Positions 39,601 through 51,170 of a DNA stretch of 64,000 nt are shown here, piece by piece. Both the position numbers and the translations under genes were made by a program. The notes beneath the pieces are model-generated. The model was not told the DNA's origin. It did not search any database and saw nothing but the letters and a program-made list of their open reading frames with translations. The stretch comes from Botryllus schlosseri (taxonomy: Eukaryota), in assembly GCA_051294905.1 (NCBI GenBank), contig CM119371.1, positions 11,658,001 through 11,722,000 of the forward strand. The letters are read 5' to 3'. Positions within the stretch are counted from its first letter, which is position 1; every line of letters begins with the position of its first letter.

Positions 39601-42600
39601 CCTTTATACATGGGATTTCCAGCCTCTGGGCCATAGCCATTGAGCTTTTTAAGGGGGTACATGGGAAAGTTAACAAATCTTTATCGCCAAGTGTATTTTA
39701 CAATAAGAATTTGCATGATTTTACTACTGTATATTAAAGATGAAGGACGAATGGTCCTTTGTATCACCTAACCAGCAATTACCGTCATTTTTCATGTATA
39801 ATGCGCAAAATTTTCCGATTTTTAGTCCTAAAATGGGGGGCGGGGCGGGGGCGGGTGCGTATTACGCATCTGTATGAGTCTTGAAAAATTCTCCCTCAAA
39901 ATAGATCTTGAAATCACACCTTTCTTCATGTTTGTTTTAATCGCTCATCACATTCAGCCATCGTTTCCAGTAATTTGTATTATAAGTGTTACGCACTGCC
40001 AATCAGCGTGAAGCCTGTTGCCAATTAGCGAGAGACGTCTGCGCTGCACCACAGCAAGCGAACTCCTGAGTGGGTTTGCCGTTTGTACAGGAGCAAAATT
40101 AGGTCAATCCTTGCCAATTTATCGCGTGTACCAATATATTTTAGGGTGCATACTATACATGGGTACAGGCTTTTTTCCCAGAATTTACACGCCATTTTAA
40201 TGGTGCGTATTATACACGGTATATACGGTAGGACGTTTTCAGAGCAAAAACAAGCTCAACCATTACTGCAGATGTAATTACTAATTTTTCTCCATCACAT
40301 TTGATGTGTGTTGTATTGTAGGGAAAGTCATTACAGTAGAGAAATTTGGATTTGAAGTAAATAGTGTTCACGGTGGTATTTACAATATCTATAGGTCCAC
40401 CCGACAAGCTAGCGCGAAACAGAAAAATCTTGGTAAAAGGAAACGCTCACCATCTCCAGATGATGGCTGCGAGATTGCAACCAAGCGCCGAACTTTGGCG
40501 TCCGGGAGGGCCAAATCGTCCAGGTGAGATGGGGCCCTGAGTTGTGATGACTCGAGTTACAATTTTTTGTTGACTTGACTCGAGTCACATTTTGTTGGAC
40601 ATTGAAAATGACTTGAGCCACATTGTGTATGAACTCGACTAAGTGATGTGACCCGAACGACTCGACTTGACTCGAGTCGAATTTTCAAAAGCGTAAAATG
40701 ACTCAATTCGAGTCAACTTTTCTATTGACTCGACTTATCGTCAAGTCGTTGTGCGTGACTCGAACCAAGTCATATGACTCCAGAGTAGGACGGCCGAAAG
40801 AAGAAATTTTGTTGTAACTTAGAATAATGGTGAAGTCACCACATTACAGGTATTTCGTCTCTCAGTCCTGATACTGGGAAAAAATAGGGCTTGAAGCTGT
40901 TAAGATTGAGGAAAAATCACGATATTATGAAAGCGAGCCATTCTATATCACTCGAGTAGAGTGGAAAGTGGGCTGAACTGGATTGAACTGAAAACAGAAC
41001 AGGGACCGTAATGGCTTGGACTAGGACTCGAGTCAATACACTATGTCTTGGATTCGACCCTATGCTAGATCTGACTTGGATTCGGACTTGACAAGGGGGT
41101 GAATTGAAAATGACTCGACGTGACTTGAGTCAAAACTATGAAAGTGAGGCCGGCCGACTTTTCAGTGTAATTTCGAAAAACAGCAAAGTAACCGCATTAT
41201 TGGCATCTCGTGTAGCAGTACTGGTACTTGAAAATTCGACCAGGAACTGTTAAAAGCGAGGAAAATTAGTATGTCATAAATGCGAACCATTCGATATCAC
41301 CAAACAGAGTTTAAAAAAGTAGGTTTAAACAAGACTTTAACCTGAAACTGAGCACTGAGCACTGAGCAGTCAACACAATCTCTCGGACTCGTCCCTCTTC
41401 TTGTTGACTCGGACTCGGACTTGACTCGGTGGTGAATTGAAAACGACTCGACTTGACTCGAGTCAAAACTATAAAAGAGATATTGACTTGCGACTTGGTT
41501 ACAATCCTGCAACAATGTCAAAAAGTTCAATTGAAATAGTAATGGTCTAAAACCTACCTGATAATATTTGATGTGATGTGGAAATAAGATTATATTCTTT
41601 GTGGTGGCATAAAAAGGTACATAACTGAACTTTTCCCATCATTCGTTATGTTGTGATGTCGTAATTAGTTATATTCTATTCGAAGCCTGATATTCTATTT
41701 CGAATCAATCACTCGAGTACTAACCAAGAATGAGTTTAACAAGACTTGAGTTTGAGACTTAACAGTGAACAGTATGACTTGGACTGAGACTCTAGTCTCA
41801 ACACTATAGCTCAGACTCAATCCCTTGCACCCCGACTTCGACTCCTACTTAGTCGGTAGAAAATGTTTCGACTTGACTCAGTCAAGACTGTAATAGTGAG
41901 ATTTAGTGAGACGTCGTCTTATTTTCTAGGAAACCCGTCGTAGCTGCTACCACTGTGGAAGAATTTCCAGGTAAGCTTCAGGTCTTAGGCCCAATTTTAG
42001 GGGATTGGAGATTAACCTTGGCATTAATATTCATGTTGTTCTTCTCTAATCCATATATCACGGGTCGCTATCTCGCCTTGTGGAAATGACCGTCTCACTT
42101 GAAATTTTACATGCAAACGTACCCCAAAAAAGTCAAAATATTCGTATTTTTTTTCTGGTACATAATATTGACCTTGTATCCCTGCTGTCACCTCATGGCC
42201 TTATTCCACGCAAATAATAACTGAAAACTCCGAAATTTCAATAACATAATGGAGCTGTGTGTTTTTTTCAAGTTACAACCAAAAGATCACATGTTTCGTC
42301 CGATAACCCTATAAAATATATGGTTTGACCGTTATAAAACATATCTATCTATATTATCTCTGGGTGAAAATTGACTTCTTACCTTTCAAATGTTTGATAA
42401 TCGTTTTCTCGGATGTAAAATTTTGTTACGTAGCATCACTTTTGCAAAGCTGAGATTCAGACCTGTGCTATGCTTAAAGTTTTTATTCATAGTCTGCCAT
42501 CTCAAGAGGTTCAGAAAATCGCAGTAAACTTACAGCGAATTGTTGACAAAAAAAGGGATTTTTAAAATTTTTTATATTTTAAAATCAAATTTCTCTGAGC

Positions 42601-45597
42601 TGGGTTGGGCGCAATCCTTGAAATTTCAGCATAGGATAGCGCTGTCCTAGTACTTCCTGAAGAGGGCGTTAGATCGGGAAAGGGACTTCACGATATCGAG
42701 ATTTTGCATTTCCCGTATCGGTGCATTTTCTGTCCTTGAAACCAAGAAATCCACAATTTGCATGGTAGAACAAAATATTTTAGTTTTTTGTTTATAGCAT
42801 AGCGACGTCTAGCAACTGTGAAAATTTCATGGGTATCGAGGTAGCCATCCAAAATTTAGGTTTTTTGGTTGCTAGTCCCCTTAATAATGAGATTTAACTT
42901 AACTTTATGCTCTGCGATCAACCGGTTTACTTTATCCTTGGTTGATAAATCCTGACGAACGCGATAATCGACTCCATTGCTAACCCAACTTTATTATCTC
43001 CGCCCTAAGTTGATAGTATAAGTTATTCCGGAAAATAGTATTCGGTCCAAGTGCAGGACTCCCCTGCTATAAATGGTGAATTAAACGCCGATATTAGAAT
43101 CTAAAAACCAATGGCGTCGAAATATTTGAGCTGATACACCTGAATTTAACCCTTTTTTTACAGTTCCGACCGTATCCAATCCGAATGGGCTCCGAAGGAG
43201 TCAACGGGTTCGATTACCAGTAACCCCGGGCGTCCGGTACGGTCTTCACTATTCGTAAGTGAACAGCGAGTGCACTAGGGTTGTTCGAGAGCACCTTTTA
43301 TTGTCAAATTTTACTGGCTACTTGCTAAAATCTTAGAGTTAACCAAAAAAACGGCAAAAAAAATTCTTACAGTATTAACCATATAATTAGCCGCTTTGTA
43401 CACTATTTTTGTATTCTGAAATTTCCTGTTCCACATAGAATAGGGTTGCTCAAAAATGAATTTTTTCCATATTCCAGCCATCCGCCGATTAAATTGTCGG
43501 TTTACCCAAAAAAATCAAAAATAATCCGGGAATTACCAACGAAAACTCAAATAACTCGCCTTCTACTAGTTGAAATTGAGTCAAATTTGTTATGCATGGG
43601 TTTTGAAGACAACTCAACAATTTCACGGTGCTGACAAAAGAATTTGAAAATACTTTTAAAATATATTTGATAAATTATAAATTTGAACTGACTCTGCGGC
43701 GGCTTATACTTGTAATAATTGAACCAAATTTGGTGTGCAGTGTTTTTAGGGTAACCTGACAATTTAATCGGTGAATGGTTTGAATCAAGAAAAAAAAAGT
43801 AATTTTTGAACAGCCCTGACCTATAGCTTTGCTTCTAATGGTTGAAATTGAGCCATTTTTTTGTACACAGCTAAACGATTTCATCGGGTATCCAGTAAAT
43901 GTTGGTGAAAAGTTTTTCTGTGCATTCAAAATTTTCTAACCAAATGATGTGCATCGTTGTTTTAGCCGGTAAAATTTGGAAAAGGTATTTTTGCCCTAGC
44001 GTGAATGTGTACCTGTCGGCTCCAGCTTATGTCTTTTGTGTTGTGCAGATCGGAATTCGACGATTATGGCTTCCGAAAAGTGATCGGAGTAAGGAAGATC
44101 ACTATTAACGGTATGCAGACGCGGTCCTGGTTGCATTCCCTGCGCATTGACACATCTCTTTTCTCAGATGATCCTAAGTTGCAAGCCGCAACGATACTGA
44201 TTAAGGGCTCTCGTCCCCGGAGAGTGAAAAAAGGGACAAAAATCAACAACCAGGGTATGCCGGCACATTCCTAGTTGCATTCTCTACACAATAACACAGC
44301 AGTGGGCAAAAGTGGGCACCAACGCGCCACTGGGGGCGTTCACGAGCGTGAAGGAGGCTGTGTCCATGAAATGGGTGATTTGGGAGGTCGCTGGCTATAA
44401 AATTTGGCCGTAATAGGGCGCTTAGAGCAAATGGGGCGGTGTAGGTTTTGACTCAAAAACTGACAAATAATTACACGAAAAAAAACTTTATTTTAACGAA
44501 ATCTGGCTCTATGAAGAATTCCAGTAGTTACATCACATATTATGGTAGGAGCGATTGAAATTTGTTGTAGTACAAAGTTACTAGGTAACTAGCCAAGAAT
44601 GGAAAAAGAACGTTCAACAGCAGAAGTTGCTGGCTAACAACACTAAAGCTGAGCGTACACTGCTAGTGACAAACTGTGTTGCTTCATTCTGACAATGGTG
44701 TCCATATCACAATTTTTCATCATGCGCTTCTTGATATAAGAACTATGCAATGACCACGCAGTCTTCCGTAAGTTAGGATACTGCGGTACGTTTAGCATGA
44801 CACCATCTCATATTATTTGTTTCATTGGAATGTTTATGATACATAATGACCGCCTACAACAGCAGGCCTATAAAGTAGGCTAAAAGGTGTAAAATGTCAT
44901 ATGATAAGTTCACCGACAGTGCAAAATCTGCGATACAAGCAAAATGCGGGTTGCTAGAAAATCTTGATTTTGTAAAAATTTTGACATTTTTTGACCTAAC
45001 GCTACAATTTTGACTTTTTTTGACACGTCAAAAAAAAATCGCCGCATTGATAAATAAAGCAGCTAAATACGCAGTAAAAATGCAAAACCGAATATGTCAA
45101 GGCAGTTTAGGGTTGCCCGTCCTGCCCATCAATGTACTAATTCAAAAGTCAGCAGAATCCCTAGAAGGTGTGGTTCATTGTGACATTGCCTGTCTTGGCA
45201 TGCAATGCCAGTGGTGGCCTAATTTGCCTTTATTATGCTTTGTTTACGATCTGCTGTCTCTGAAATGAGTTTCTCATGTATGATTCTTCTTTTACAGTGC
45301 TGCCTGGTAGGAGGGAGTAGTGGAGGTAAATCTTATGGGGGAAATTGTGCGATTACAGAAGAAATCGCAATTCCAAATCCCCCGTAAGAATCTCTACTCC
45401 CTCCGAAACCCTTCGGAGACAAAAGATGCCGTTCCATTTTGTGTAATGTGCATGGAGTGAGCTAAGGATTTCATGTTATGCTGTGCGATGGCTGGATGGG
45501 TCTGACTGTTTCTGTTTCATGTCCCGAACTTTCATGTTTTCATGTCAGCAAAAAATCTGATCAACCAACTCAAATCAAATCGGCGATGACTGGTTGA
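18650..45597 (+). CDS. CENPC: Multi-exon CENP-C-like (centromere protein C) gene with internally duplicated exons; 5' start not resolved; possibly a derived or decaying paralog
   Basis: GT-AG exons: 18650-18695, 20163-20538, 21149-21258, 22737-22859, 25870-26140, 26777-26886, 27481-27645, 28740-28908, 29330-29439, 31153-31321, 33722-33831, 34131-34299, 34737-34846, 36760-36918, 39182-39335, 40395-40523, 41930-41970, 43164-43254, 44049-44110, 44168-44254, 45298-45456, 45549-45597. Phases match with no stops from 21149 to 44254. Contains PNGLRRSQRVRLP...Y...DYGFRKVIGV and a cupin-like EGVVEVNLMGEIVRLQKKSQFQIPRKNLYSLRNPSETKDAVPF. Confidence 0.68.
19516..19968. mobile_element. MITE with TAGGGCTGGGCA termini (hAT-like)
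   Basis: TIR TAGGGCTGGGCA/TGCCCAGCCCTA with GATTCGA-type subterminal motifs. No clear TSD. Confidence 0.6.
20270..20450 (+). repeat. Coding 21-bp minisatellite (PAETIPL/PAEPITR heptads) inside exon 20163-20538
   Basis: About 8-9 tandem units of CCTGCAGAG(A/C)CNATT(A/C)CGNNG. Confidence 0.85.
24270..25268. mobile_element. MULE-like non-autonomous element carrying a G-rich minisatellite
   Basis: Inverted termini GGTTGCCGGTGAACCCAGCC/GGCTGGGTTCACTGGTAAT with repeated AACTCGGCCCTCGGTG motifs. 9-bp flanking direct repeat CCCTTATCT at 24261-24269 and 25269-25277. Confidence 0.75.
24495..25025 (+). repeat. 23-24-bp G-rich minisatellite (GGAGGTGGGATATTAGGGTTGCC)n
   Basis: About 20 tandem units with variants such as GGGGGAGGGGGGATATTAGGGTT. 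Confidence 0.95.
25935..27110 (+). repeat. Intragenic segmental duplication of ~20200-21482 (continues as 27465-27985, a copy of 22720-23195)
   Basis: Collinear exon and intron similarity, e.g. GTGAGGTCTATTGTAGATTACT and GAAATCTGGCCAGTGTATT occur in both copies. Confidence 0.93.
31607..33567. mobile_element. hAT/Charlie-like MITE containing two tandem TAGGGCG-family MITEs (31749-32634, 32643-33399)
   Basis: Outer termini CACTGGTTCCCAAAC/GTTTGAGAATCACTG with degenerate TSD CTTTACTG/CTATTCTG. Inner termini TAGGGCGATTTT/AAAATCGCCCTA, with GTTATGAC present three times. Other inner-family copies at ~44.45-45.05 and 58.26-58.64 kb. Confidence 0.85.
35607..36387. mobile_element. Tc1/mariner (pogo/Tigger-like) MITE
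   Basis: TA-flanked termini CCTTAATTTTCCAAGTATA/TATACATGGAAAATTACGG. Related to 39782-40228 in opposite orientation. Confidence 0.75.
39782..40228. mobile_element. Tc1/mariner (pogo/Tigger-like) MITE
   Basis: TA|CCGTCATTTTTCATGTATAATGCGCA ... TGCGTATTATACACGGTATATACGG|TA. Confidence 0.8.
42000..42880. mobile_element. Kolobok-like non-autonomous element
   Basis: GGGGATTGG...CTAGTCCCC termini with TTAA on the right and a degenerate TTTA on the left. Confidence 0.5.
43273..44001. mobile_element. CACTA/EnSpm-like non-autonomous element in the intron after the CENP-C motif exon
   Basis: Termini CACTAGGG/CCCTAGCG with TG on both flanks. Confidence 0.45.
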
Positions 45598-45829
45598 AAT
45601 ATGGAAAAACTCCTGCAACCAATTGTCAGCACCTCTTACGCTCTGAACTTCATGCGTATTCAAATGCTTGAAGTTCAGCTCGTGATAGAAAGAAAGAAAT
45701 CAGAATCGGGACAAAGTAATTGCGACCAGCTGTATAAGAAAGATACGCTTGATGCCACAGGAAAACGAATTACTCGACTGAATTTCTACAGCTTGCTGAG
45801 GTATGGCTAGATAACTTTTCACTGCATCC

Positions 45830-48290
45830 CAAGTAGGCCGCCGATTTTTGAGCTCATTCCGCGGCCGTCGACCTTGTTGGGTCTCGTAACCCATTTTGAA
45901 TCCACCTTCTAACAAATGGTGTTGAGTTTATTAGCCTGCCATGAAATACAGCAGGTCCTTAGTTTCATGGCCTGCATACTGCATGGTTCTTGTATGCTAG
46001 TTCAATACACTACCCTTTTCTAAAGATTTTTGTACAGAGTGTTCATAAATAATTCAAGCTGTAGGGTGTTACAGGATTGTGGGAGTCAATATACGATTAT
46101 GACTTTTATATCATGTTCAAGAATAATTTTATCCTGCAATTTTTGCTGGCTGGTTGGTAAAAGTGAAGTGATAAATTTTGTATCTGAAAAAAAAAATATT
46201 TATAGGGATTAATTCCAAATTATTAATCATGGCACTGAAAAATTAATAAAAAATATTCCAAGACAATATCTAACTCTGATAACGTTGCTTCTACCAGATA
46301 GAATGGAGTCAAATTTTATCATGCAGCGTGTTTTTTAGACAATCCTACTAGGTAGAAAAATTGCAGAAAAATTGTTTTTGAACAACCCCAGCAAATATGG
46401 ATCAGGTATTGTGACATTGCCGTTACCTGGAGGATAGGAGAGAGAGAGCGCCAGAGCTCTGCGTCGTCCTTTTGAAATGCTGATTGTAACTGCAATATTT
46501 CTTGACTTGCAATTTGGCAGTTGGTATTATCAGTGTCGTGAATTAGCGAGAATCGGCAGCGCGCAATGGCATGCGGTCTCACGCTGACTTTGTTATTTAT
46601 TTGCACGCGGTATAGAGAAATTGGTACAATGTGTACCTGTCATCGGCGCGATTTAAACTGCGATACATAACACTCTAATCATGCAAAGCAGTTGAGATTT
46701 ATATCTGAGAAGAGCTATTCATCATACGAGCTCACAGATCATAGATACCTTCACATGATATTTATGTCGTGAATAACCGTGAATAAATATGTTGCATAAC
46801 ATTTTGTCTCGGCAACGCGAGCGTCTTTTGAACATTCTTACGTAACACGCTATATCTCCAGTTTCAGGCTTCCCATGCCATTTGGGTTTATCTTTTCTTT
46901 GGTAACTCCATTTCAAAATATGCGCGCCGAAAAAATACACGAAAGTCGTAGACATATCCACAATATATACATATAAGTCCCTTTTTTTGATAAGCTTCGT
47001 TTATTCTTCAGTTCTCTTTTTTCATTAGGTTATTTTTTAATAATTTGATTAGTTTCAGTGTGTGATTAGCTTGCTTTTTTATCAGATTCATTGTTCTATA
47101 TGTGTGAGATATTCCGTTACATAGGAGCCTATCTTGGGGGGGTAATTGAAGTTTTGCGAATCTCCATAGTTTAGCATCGTCACCTTGGAATCAACAGTAT
47201 TTGTATGGATACCATAATTGATATTGACTTTTCAAGCGTGAAAGAACGCGTATGAACAATAAATCGGTCCTTGCAAGGTATTATACACTTGCATATCCAT
47301 ATTTCATTCATATCGAATGTCGAAATAGCGGTTTCGGCATGCTATTAGGCCCATCGCATTTGCGGTCAGTCAATAACTAGTTGTAGCCTTTTGGCAATAT
47401 CTCTTCCGATCAGCTTAATGTGAGCAGTGATTTGTTCGCGCGTTGCATATTCATTTTTAATGTCGAGTTGATGCTGCATTTTTGATATCCAGCTCTTGAA
47501 TTTCGCATGCGGTTTTAGGGTCGTTATTTTGTACGGTCCGCCATAGGTATTGTAGATTTGTCCATTCTTATTAGGTATTCATATCGACCCTGGCGATATT
47601 AAAAATTCTTTTGCAAGCATTGCATTTCATATGTATATTTCGTCGTGTCCTCGTCGACGTAGCAGAGTTTGCATTCGTTTTTCTGTAGTATGTCCCTAAT
47701 AAGTCTCGTCTCCTGATGCTGATAGTAGACTATGGGCAGACTATTCTAGCAGAAGATTTATTAGGTTATAAGTATATAATCCCATCTACATCTGTAGAAA
47801 AAATGCACCAATGCAAGATTAACAGCACTACTGTACGGCAAGCGGCAATGCGTAAACGTTCTTCAAAACTGCGTGTTGTGAGGCAAATCTTAATACGCTG
47901 TAGCGAGAATCAGGATATAACAGTTCTTTATATAGGTCGCACCTGTAAAAAATGCTTCATTTGAGATTCTAAATCCAAGCACTCTGTCTCTGTTAAGGAA
48001 TATGGTTTTATATGTGGCTTCGTTAGGCATATGCACTCACAGTTCGTAATCTCGTTTGGTTTGGTACCATCGTGGATTAAAATTTGGAAGACTTCCTTTT
48101 CCATGATTATCATCAGGTCTTTGCACTCGGCTTGTACCATTGTGAAGGTTTCGATTCCCTGTTAGTATTTCCATATGACGGCGTACCTTTGACTGAGCTG
48201 CCTTAGTTATTGATTGCTTCTTGTGTTGGTCCGTCGATTTAGGTCAAGCTCCTGGTTTCGATCTGAATATTAATATAATAATTAATATTA
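45830..48290 (-). pseudogene. Degraded L1/Tx1-type LINE ORF2 (endonuclease and RT remnants)
   Basis: Minus-strand fragments IYPDSRYSVLRFASQHAVLKNVYA (endonuclease NVYAP-like), SARIV and GFKMGYETQQGRRP (RT QG motif-like), with many stops. Lies downstream of the matching ORF1. Confidence 0.45.
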
Positions 48291-48295
48291 TTTAT

Positions 48296-48960
48296 TCACG
48301 GTACTTTTTTGTCCTAATTAGTGTGCTTCGGCTCTTTGCTTCGATCTTTTTGGACACTATGGCAGCTTCAAAAGGGAGGCGTTGGTGCCTAGTTTTGGAA
48401 CCACTATGTTCTTCTGTAGGGAATGCAACTTGAACTGCGTATGCATACCGTGGTTGTTGATTTTTTCACATTTTTCACTTTTCGGGAACGAGAGGCCTTT
48501 ATCAGTACGGTCGCAGCTTGCAACTCGGGATCATCTGAGAAAAGAGATGTGTTAATGCGCAGGGAATGCAGCCAGGACCGCGTCTGCATACCGTTAATAG
48601 TGATCTTCCTGACTCCTATTACCTTTCGGAATCCATAATCATCATACTCCGATCTGCACAACACAAAAGACATAAGCTGGAGCCGACAGTTACACATTCA
48701 CCTTGTTACTTTTTTGTCCTAATTGGTGTGCTTCGGCTCTTTGCTTCGATCTTTTTGGACAATATGGCAGCTTCAGAAGGGGGGGGGGCGTCTGTGCCTA
48801 CTTTTGAAACTACTGTCTTTCTGTGTAGGGAAGGCAACTTGTACTGCGTAGGCATACCCTGGTTGCTGATTTTCTTCACTCTGTTCACTTTTCGAGAACC
48901 AGAGGCCTTCTTATTCTTTTTCCTTGGTTGCTTTTTCAGCACAGCTGCAGCTTGCAACGC
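48296..48960 (-). pseudogene. Inverted, tandemly repeated copies of CENP-C-like exons 44049-44254 with introns
   Basis: SEYDDYGFRKVIGVRKITIN, the 57-nt intron and DPELQAATVLIK... match 44005-44300. A second, longer variant reads LQAAAVLKKQPRKKNKKASGSRKV. Confidence 0.9.
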
Positions 48961-49809
48961 CAGATCAGCTGACGCTGTGCCGTGCTCTAGCAGTAGGTAG
49001 CTGAACGACTTGCTGGTAGCTTGCTGTCTTAGTCAGTGATTCCTTAACTCACACGAGTCCACTCGGTCGGCTGTATTGCATAGAATGATGAGTACGTCAG
49101 GCGCTGAGGTGAATCTCAGATCTCAAGGATCGTAACAGAGAAAACGTGGGTTTATATACCCGAAAATGCGTAATAATGCAATTGATTGTAATACTTTATA
49201 GCCAATGAGAACGGGTTGGTGGAGTTCTAGTGTCAGGAAAAAGGCAGTACTCTGGCTAGGACTAGGTTTGACGTAACAATGCTTACGAAGCTTGCACAAT
49301 ACTAGTAGAGTTCTCATAGTAACATACAGTTATGAATGATTGACGGATGGATGTACCGAGTGAATTTTATATTATTACAACATACACTACTAGCCTAAAA
49401 CATAGCATATGCAAAAATGAAGAGCAACAAAAAGTAATCATAACAAGTAAATTACCCACGCAGGAGTGGCAATACGATAGCAATTGGATCGCGCCGCGCG
49501 TTTGGGCAATGTTCTTAAAGACTCACCATACCGAGTGTCATAACACAAGTAAATCACCCACGCGGGGGTTGCAATACGATAGTCAATTCAATCGCGCCGC
49601 ACGTGGGGGCAAATTTCTTACAAAGCCACCATACTGAGTGTGACCAATGAGTGAATTTATAGGAGACCCGGATCACCATGATTGGTTGCCAGGGTAACTC
49701 GGCACTTAGAGTTTGGTATTGTAACGCAACAATAGCATCTGGAATATGATGCCGCAGCTTAGCAGCAAGTGGCCTTTGATCATTTGCAAAGAATGACGTA
49801 ACCTGACTA

Positions 49810-50190
49810 ACCTCATCTCCGTCAGGTTGTGCTTTGTTCCTTATAATCCAACTTTTAGTGACATTACCTTCAACACCCTGTTCTACTCTGACCAGCTTCC
49901 CCCCATCAATTGAATCTGGTAAATAGAGAATATCACATATAATTACTAAAAATAATGAATAAAGCATATGTATTATAAATAAAAACGATAAAATCACATC
50001 TAATCAGGTCTACATTCCGAACATTGGAAGTCTACGCTACAATCTTCCTCCACCATTCTCAAGTACTCTTCTTGTGACATAACAGCCTGTGGGCCACAAT
50101 TGATGTGCTGACACATGCTGCACTCATCGAATTTCAGGGCAGCTTGATCTTCTGAAACTTCGTTTTTACATAAAACACAGAGATCCATCT
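49810..50190 (-). pseudogene. PHD-type zinc-finger gene fragment, probably transposon-derived
   Basis: CVLCKNEVSEDQAALKFDECSMCQHINCG...FQCSEC follows the C4HC3 pattern with one Cys lost. An exon-like piece nearby ends at a GTTAGT donor. Confidence 0.6.
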
Positions 50191-50589
50191 TCTCAAATGT
50201 CGCACGTCCGTTCATCACCAAGCCAATTCAAGATTATGTGAACTTTGTCTTATCTCCCGCGCTTGGTGCTTCCGAAATCCGTAATCATGTGATCTGACCA
50301 CGATGTGACTGCATGAACTACACATGCCCCAACCTCCTTACAAGATTGACCGGTTGTACCGGTCAGTCTTAGTTAAACATTTCTAGCTGGCGATTTCGCC
50401 AACCGTTGATTGTACGCCGGAAATTAGTAATGGCTTGCTACATCGTTCAATATTGGAAAATGCTGCAACCCCTTGCATTTATTCAGGAGAAATGACGTGA
50501 TTGAACTACTCGGCATTAACTCCCAAGTCTTCCGGTTGACACAGGATGCCACGAGAACTACAACTCTGAGCATTTTACCAATCTACTCG

Positions 50590-51170
50590 ACCGCTGAAAC
50601 CTCATTCCTTTCAATGACCACTTCTCTATGAAGCCGAAGCGTGGGACGACATTTGACGGCATGCGCCAACGCAGCACACGGCTGAATTATATCTGCTTCG
50701 GCAGTGCTCAGTGAGCGCCAGAACCTCAAGTCTCTCAGACGTTCCGCTCTGGAACACTGGACGCACATAACGAGCCAGCGCTGTATCTAACCAACGTTTA
50801 CAACGCTGGGCGCTAGGAACGAGTCAAAGCTATTGCTTTTTCTGTGGAAAATGAGTTAGAAGCAGGCCGATCAAGAGCAGCCTCAAAAGCCATCGGTAAA
50901 CTAGTTGGCCTCAAGAGGACCCGCATGAACGTCTGTACGGAAGACATCACAGCACACTTCAAAACCCTCTTATCTACACCTGCACCAAACATCGATGTGC
51001 TCGTTGCACCGCCTTCACTAGCAGCAAATCCTCTAGCGATCAATACAAACCTGATCGCTCTAGGTGAGCTCAGGACAGCCATGCATGAAGTACCACAATT
51101 CAAGGTCATCGGTATGTACGGCATCCCAACAGCTGCGTACACCTCGGGCATTGCACCTTTGCTCGTCGAC
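50590..51170 (+). pseudogene. LINE (RTE-like) ORF2 fragment from the linker before the RT domain
   Basis: HFKTLLS...IALGELRTAMHEVPQFKVIGMYGIPTAAY resembles the KAxGxDGIP pre-RT motif. It is cut at 51170 by an inverted exon copy. Confidence 0.55.

Noticed and set aside
44111..44167. Coding status of GMQTRSWLHSLRIDTSLFS
   Set aside because: It is open in frame but has a GTATGC donor and a pyrimidine-rich CTCAG acceptor, so it is more likely a 57-nt intron. Retention is not excluded.
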